Source: Longimicrobiales bacterium (GTDB lineage Bacteria; Gemmatimonadota; Gemmatimonadetes; Longimicrobiales; Gaopeijiaceae). Taken from it: 64,000 nucleotides of DNA. Positions 59,213-64,000 of the stretch are shown piece after piece. The notes beneath the pieces are model-generated. The model was not told the origin of the DNA. It ran no database searches and saw only the letters and a list, made by a program, of their open reading frames with translations. Position 1 is the first letter of the stretch, and every line of letters starts with the position of its first letter. A program made the position numbers and the translations under genes. The stretch lies in the NCBI GenBank assembly GCA_041690395.1, contig JAWLHJ010000006.1, positions 305,651 through 369,650 on the forward strand, read 5' to 3'.

Positions 59213-60463
59213 TCAGCGCCGCGCGGAAGCGGCCGGGACCCGGTACTCGCGCCCTTTCCACCGCACCCGCCGCCCTCGCAGCCACGATCGGGCGAGAATG
59301 AACGACGTGACGCCGGCGCCCACAGGGTAGAGCAGCCCGTACCACGCGGGGGCACCGAGCCGGTGGGTGAACCAGCCGAACTGGAGGACGCTGGCGGTCA
59401 CCGCCACCGCCGACCATGTCAGCGCCTCGGACATGGACGCAGCCGTCCACACACCGGCGGTGACTCCGACGACCGACACCGCCAGCACGAGGGGCGGGGT
59501 CAGCCACATCAGCACGGACCCCGCCAGGGCCATCGGCGGGACCAGCGGACGCATCCAACGGGGGAAGGTCTGCTGGCCCCCGAGCATGAGGTTTTTCGAC
59601 CAGCCGGCCACGATCTCCCCGAGGGACCGGTACATCCGGGTGGAGAGGCCGTCCTCGGCGCTCCGGATCCGGAGGCGCATCCCCACCCGCTTCACGTGCT
59701 GAGCGAGAGCCAGGTCCTCCACGACCTCGTCGCGCACCACCTCGTGCCCGCCCACCGCCCGGTACGACGCCGCCGGCATGAGGATGTACTGGCCGTTGGC
59801 GATGGCGTCCCGCCACCGGTCGTTCCCGGCGATCTTCTCGAAGTCCGGGAAGCGGAAGAGCATCCCCAGGAAGACATGGGGCTGGAGGAGGCGCTCCCAG
59901 AACGTCTCCATGAGCTGGCGACCCATGAGCGTCAGGAGGTCCGCCCGTTCCGCCCGCATGCCGACGATGGCGCGCCGGAGAAGCGTGGGCGCGTGGACGG
60001 TGTCGGCGTCCGTGAAGAGGAGAGCGTCCCCCTCGGCGGCCCGCGCTCCCTGCCAGCACGCCCATGGCTTCCCGAGCCAGCCCGGGGGAAGGGGCTCGCC
60101 GTCGAGCACGCGAATGGCCCGGGCTCGCCCCTCGGGGACGCCTCGTGCCAGCGCGCCCGTCCCGTCCTCGCTCCGGTCGTCCACGACGACGATCTCGAAG
60201 TCGGGATAGTCGGACATCGCGACGGAGGCGAGGCACCGCTCGATGTTGTGCCCCTCGTTCCGGGCCGGGACGATGACGGTCACGAAAGGAAGGTCCCCGC
60301 GTTCCGACCCGGACGAGCTCCCGACGCGGTCCGGGGGCGAACCGGCGTCGGCATCGTCACCCTCGGCGCCCGCCTCCGGCAGCTCGGTGGGGAAGCGCGC
60401 ACGGAAACGGACGAACGCCAGCGCGGCCAGCCAGGGGAGCGTGGCTGCGAGCGCGAGGGTCAT
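59213..60463 (-). CDS. Glycosyltransferase family 2, membrane-bound (carotenoid/hopanoid GT-like)
   Basis: VPARNE, DDRSED, GWLGKPWAC, FTDAD, VEDL, RMY; C-terminal TM helices and WKGR. Confidence 0.85.
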   Translation of the reverse strand: MTLALAATLPWLAALAFVRFRARFPTELPEAGAEGDDADAGSPPDRVGSSSGSERGDLPFVTVIVPARNEGHNIERCLASVAMSDYPDFEIVVVDDRSEDGTGALARGVPEGRARAIRVLDGEPLPPGWLGKPWACWQGARAAEGDALLFTDADTVHAPTLLRRAIVGMRAERADLLTLMGRQLMETFWERLLQPHVFLGMLFRFPDFEKIAGNDRWRDAIANGQYILMPAASYRAVGGHEVVRDEVVEDLALAQHVKRVGMRLRIRSAEDGLSTRMYRSLGEIVAGWSKNLMLGGQQTFPRWMRPLVPPMALAGSVLMWLTPPLVLAVSVVGVTAGVWTAASMSEALTWSAVAVTASVLQFGWFTHRLGAPAWYGLLYPVGAGVTSFILARSWLRGRRVRWKGREYRVPAASARR

Positions 60464-60804
60464 TCGCCTTCCCGTTCAGGGCTCTCGGCGGATTTTAGAA
60501 CCCATCTTTCAGAATCACGCTTCTTGTACTTCTCGAGCACCTGCTCGAGGGCCTCACCCAGGTCGATCCCCTGCTCGTTGGCGATCACCAGGAGGACGAA
60601 CAGGATGTCGGCCAGCTCGAGCGCGAGATCCTGCTCGGCCTCGCCCGGCTTCTTCGTCTTGTGGCCGAACCGGTGGTTCATCTCGCGCGCCAGCTCCCCG
60701 ACCTCCTCGATGAGCCGGGCCAGATTGGTCAGCGGCGGCCAGTAGCCCTCTTCGAACTGGGAGATCCAGGCGTCCACCCTGGCCTGGGCTTCCTTCAGCT
60801 CCAC
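60460..60804 (-). CDS. MazG-like nucleotide pyrophosphohydrolase (YpjD-like)
   Basis: VDAWISQFEEGYWPPL, EEVGELARE, ELAD, RDSERW. Confidence 0.88.
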   Translation of the reverse strand: MELKEAQARVDAWISQFEEGYWPPLTNLARLIEEVGELAREMNHRFGHKTKKPGEAEQDLALELADILFVLLVIANEQGIDLGEALEQVLEKYKKRDSERWVLKSAESPEREGE

Positions 60805-60826
60805 CGGTCTACTCCTCGGGACGGTG

Positions 60827-61867
60827 TCACGGCTCGAGCACCAGCTTCCCGAATACCCCGCCGCCTTCGAGCATCTCGTGGGCTCGTCGGGCCTGGTCGA
60901 GCGGCAGCGTCGCATGGATGGCAGGCTCCAGGTCGCCGTCGAACACCATCCTCATGACGCGTCGGAACTCGGCCGGGGATCCCATGGTGCTCCCCATAAT
61001 AGAAAGCTGCTTCCAGAACACCAGTCTTATTTCTGTCACGCCGCGGGCACCCGTGGTCGCGCCGGACGTCACGAGCCGGCCACCGACCGCCAGGGAGCGT
61101 AGGCACTCGGGCCAGATCGCTTCGCCCACCGTGTCGTACGCGAGGTGGACACCGCGCTTTCCGGTATCGCGCCAGAGCTCCCGGCTGAAGTCGACCTCCT
61201 TGCGGTCGTAGACCACGTGGGCGCCCATGTCCTGAAGCCGCCCGACGTTCTCGGGCCCGCTCGTCACGGCGTACACCTTGGCCCCGGCCGCGACGGCGAT
61301 GGCCACCGAGGCCGTACCCACCCCGCCAGACGCGCCGGTTACGAGAACCCGCTCGCCCGCGTGGAGCCCGCCCCGGGTGATGAGCGCCCGCCAGGACGTC
61401 ACGAAGGCGAGTCCGGCGGCCGCCGCGCGAGCGGAAGAGAAACCGTCAGGGATCTCCATGAGGTTCGAGGCCGGCACGGCCACGTACTCGGCGAAGCCTC
61501 CCTGGGTGTGCTCGCCGATGATCCGGAAAGGAGGGCGTTCGAGGACACTTCCGCCGTCCTCGACCTCGTACCAGTCGTACCCTATGGACGGATCGACGAC
61601 GACCCGCGTGCCGATCGGCACGCCCTCGACGCCCGCCCCGAGCGCCTCGACCACCCCGGCGATGTCGGACCCTCCGATGTGAGGCATCGGCGTCTCGATG
61701 GGGAGGCCGCGGCGGATCCACAAGTCCAGGTGGTTCATCGCGGCGGCCTCGACCTTCAGACGGACCTCACCGGGACCTGGCTCGGGCAGCGGCACGTCGG
61801 TTCGGACCTCGACGACCTCCGGGCCTCCAAACTCGGAGAACACGGCAGCGCGCATCGTATCGGACAT
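60827..61867 (-). CDS. MDR family NAD(P)-dependent oxidoreductase
   Basis: FGGPEV, NHLDLW, HIGGSD, GASGGVG, FGKLVL. Confidence 0.88.
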   Translation of the reverse strand: MSDTMRAAVFSEFGGPEVVEVRTDVPLPEPGPGEVRLKVEAAAMNHLDLWIRRGLPIETPMPHIGGSDIAGVVEALGAGVEGVPIGTRVVVDPSIGYDWYEVEDGGSVLERPPFRIIGEHTQGGFAEYVAVPASNLMEIPDGFSSARAAAAGLAFVTSWRALITRGGLHAGERVLVTGASGGVGTASVAIAVAAGAKVYAVTSGPENVGRLQDMGAHVVYDRKEVDFSRELWRDTGKRGVHLAYDTVGEAIWPECLRSLAVGGRLVTSGATTGARGVTEIRLVFWKQLSIMGSTMGSPAEFRRVMRMVFDGDLEPAIHATLPLDQARRAHEMLEGGGVFGKLVLEP

Positions 61868-62048
61868 CTAATGGGACCCCTCGGACCAAGAGCGTACATC
61901 TGACTCGACCGGGCACCCGAACCTCGTCGCTCGAGTCCCGGCTCTCGTGTCGAAGTGTAGTGCCATGCCAGACGGACCCGGTACCCCGTGCCCCGCGCCA
62001 CGCCCCTTCCGGACTGTACCGACGACGGACGAGAGGCGATCATGTAGC

Positions 62049-62414
62049 ATGAACGACACACATCCCGACGCCGCCGGAAAGGCGAACGGGCACGCCGACG
62101 ACGCGACCCTCGGCGGGTACTTCGAGATGCACGACAGGCCCCCGGCCTTCGAGGGCTCGGACGGTCACCCGTATACCGTCTCCCTCGAGATCGAGCGGAG
62201 CGGCGATCTTCGCCGCCCCTACGGTGGTTATCTGGTCTTCCCGCGTTGGGCGGAGACGGGGGTCGGCATCGTCGGGCACGTCGAAACCGCCACGCTGAAC
62301 GAAGGCGGATCGCAGGAGGAGGTTCTCGCGGCCCTCGGCGAGCTCACGCTGTTCGAGGTGCAGGACCTCCTGGAGCGCGCCATCGCCGCCTCGCGCTCCG
62401 AAGCCGACGCCTGA
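62049..62414 (+). CDS. Hypothetical protein
   Basis: ORF with GC-rich coding pattern directly upstream of queE; HDRPPAFEGSDG, FPRW. Confidence 0.6.
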   Translation: MNDTHPDAAGKANGHADDATLGGYFEMHDRPPAFEGSDGHPYTVSLEIERSGDLRRPYGGYLVFPRWAETGVGIVGHVETATLNEGGSQEEVLAALGELTLFEVQDLLERAIAASRSEADA

Positions 62415-62419
62415 GGCCC

Positions 62420-63085
62420 ATGCCCGACTTCCTGCGCATCACCGAGATCTTCCACTCGATCCAGGGCGAGTCCACCTGGGCCGGGCTCCCCTGCACATTC
62501 GTGCGTCTCACTGGATGCCCGCTCCGGTGCGCATGGTGCGACACCGCGTACGCCTTCCACGGGGGGGAGCGCAGGACTTTCGACGAAATCCTCGAGGAGG
62601 TCGCGCGCCACCCGACGAAGCTCGTGGAGATCACCGGCGGGGAGCCGCTCGCCCACCCCGGCGCGATCCGACTCGCCGACGGGCTCCTCGAGCGGGGCTA
62701 CACCGTGCTGATCGAGACATCCGGAGCGTTCGACGTCTCCGGACTCGACCCGCGGGTCCACCGGATCATGGACCTGAAGTGTCCCGGATCGGGAGAGAGC
62801 CACAGGAATCTGTGGGCCAACCTCGATCACCTGACCGAGCGCGACGAGGTGAAGTTCGTGATCGCGGACCAGGCCGACTACGAATGGGCGCGGGACACGA
62901 TCCGAGAGCACGGCCTGGACCGGCGCGTGCTGGACGGCCGCCTGCGCGCGCTCCTCATGTCACCGGTTTGGGGAGCGGTCGACCTGGAGGAGATGGCCGG
63001 ATGGATTCTCGAAGACGGTCTCCCGGTCCGCTTCCAGACCCAGCTCCACAAGCTCATCTGGGGTGCCGACAGGATCGGCGTGTGA
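62420..63085 (+). CDS. queE: 7-carboxy-7-deazaguanine synthase (radical SAM)
   Basis: EIFHSIQGE, FVRLTGCPLRCAWCDT, TGGEP, ETSG, QLHKLIW. Confidence 0.9.
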   Translation: MPDFLRITEIFHSIQGESTWAGLPCTFVRLTGCPLRCAWCDTAYAFHGGERRTFDEILEEVARHPTKLVEITGGEPLAHPGAIRLADGLLERGYTVLIETSGAFDVSGLDPRVHRIMDLKCPGSGESHRNLWANLDHLTERDEVKFVIADQADYEWARDTIREHGLDRRVLDGRLRALLMSPVWGAVDLEEMAGWILEDGLPVRFQTQLHKLIWGADRIGV

Positions 63086-63729
63086 CCGGAACGCCCCACG
63101 GACCACTGGAGACCGACCCGCGCTTCTGGGTGCTGAGCGAAGCCCTCGCGTCGTACGCGAGTGACGAGGACGATCCACTCCTCTTCGACGACGCCTACCT
63201 CCAGGCCGCCGTCGCCGTGGTCCTGCGCGCGAAGCCGGACCTCGAGCTGCTTCTCATCAAGCGTGCGCAGTCCGAGCGCGATCCCTGGTCGGGTCACATG
63301 GCGCTCCCCGGCGGGCGCCGGGACCAGGACGACGACGACCTCCTGACCACCGCCGTGCGGGAGACGAGGGAGGAGACGGGTGTCGACCTGGACCGTCAGG
63401 GACGCTCGCTCGGCCGGCTGGATATCGTCGCTCCGTCCAGCCCCCGCCTCCCCAAGCTGACGATCTCACCCTTCGTCTTCGGCGTCGGCCCGGACGTCCC
63501 GGCCGAGGTCGCCAGCCACGAGATCGAGCAGGTCTACTGGATCCCGCTCAGCGACCTCCGTGACCCCGCGACCCACACCACCGTCGACATCCCCCTCCCC
63601 GGCGGCACCCGCCCCTTCCCGTGCTTCGAGGTCGCTGGCGAGATCGTCTGGGGCCTGACCCACCGCATCCTCACCCAGTTCCTCGAAGTCGCCCCCGCCC
63701 TCCACCTCGAACGCCTCCAGGACGACTGA
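63082..63729 (+). CDS. Nudix hydrolase, CoA pyrophosphatase-like (NudL-type)
   Basis: AAV, SGHMALPGG, Nudix box AVRETREETG, WGLT. Confidence 0.88.
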   Translation: MTGTPHGPLETDPRFWVLSEALASYASDEDDPLLFDDAYLQAAVAVVLRAKPDLELLLIKRAQSERDPWSGHMALPGGRRDQDDDDLLTTAVRETREETGVDLDRQGRSLGRLDIVAPSSPRLPKLTISPFVFGVGPDVPAEVASHEIEQVYWIPLSDLRDPATHTTVDIPLPGGTRPFPCFEVAGEIVWGLTHRILTQFLEVAPALHLERLQDD

Positions 63730-63752
63730 CGGTTCAGCCGGGGTCCGCGAGC

Positions 63753-64000
63753 GGTCGTCGGGGACGGCGCGGGGGAGTCGGAGTCGGCGAGCGGATCGGA
63801 TGTGCCGCCCAGGTGAGGATCAGCAGGGTCGTGGGGGACGGCGCGGGAGACTCGGGGTCGCCGAGCGGATCGGATGCGAAGCATCCGTAGCGAAGCGCCC
63901 CGTGCCGCCCAGGTGAGGATCAGCAGGGTCGTGGGGGACGGCGCGGGAGACTCGGGGTCGCCGAGCGGATCGGATGCGAAGCATCCGTAGCGAAGCGCCC
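63753..64000. repeat. 100-bp tandem intergenic repeat with internal hairpin, truncated by window end
   Basis: 63802-63901 is repeated exactly from 63902 to the end; degenerate partial copy at ~63753-63802; each unit has CGGATGC-GAA-GCATCCG. Confidence 0.9.

Noticed and set aside
63802..64000. CRISPR array
   Set aside because: Units are 100-bp identical tandem copies with no unique spacers, and no cas genes were seen.

Overview
High-GC, gene-dense bacterial chromosomal segment. The gene content (ADOP permease plus PadR, choice-of-anchor B and FG-GAP proteins, many exported proteins) suggests Gemmatimonadota or an Acidobacteriota-like lineage; this is inference only. The first 14.4 kb is an 8-gene MoxR/VWA operon: VWA-GATase membrane protein, caspase-fold protein with an EF-hand, exported TPR-metallopeptidase, DUF4159, MoxR, DUF58, BatA-VWA and a 1193-aa coiled-coil protein. 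Next come a stand-alone receiver protein, ettA with two pilin-like genes, and a kinase-M23-aminotransferase triple fusion. A metal-uptake locus follows (membrane-anchored DtxR-FeoA regulator, feoB, palindromic operator, divergent His-rich ZIP-like permease), then gltBD, a Tat-signal aminotransferase, two beta-propeller proteins coupled to panG-panB-panC, an orphan histidine kinase, a large unknown lipoprotein, PadR-ADOP and a Ca/Na antiporter. The last part holds an isolated pair of contractile-injection-system tail-tube (gp19-like) genes with no sheath or baseplate nearby, queG and queE loci, and a 100-bp tandem repeat cut by the window end. No tRNA, rRNA, CRISPR array or transposase was recognised. 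The best candidates for an undescribed system are the orphan tube-gene pair and the MoxR/VWA/peptidase envelope operon. All family assignments come from motif recognition by eye; no database searches were run.
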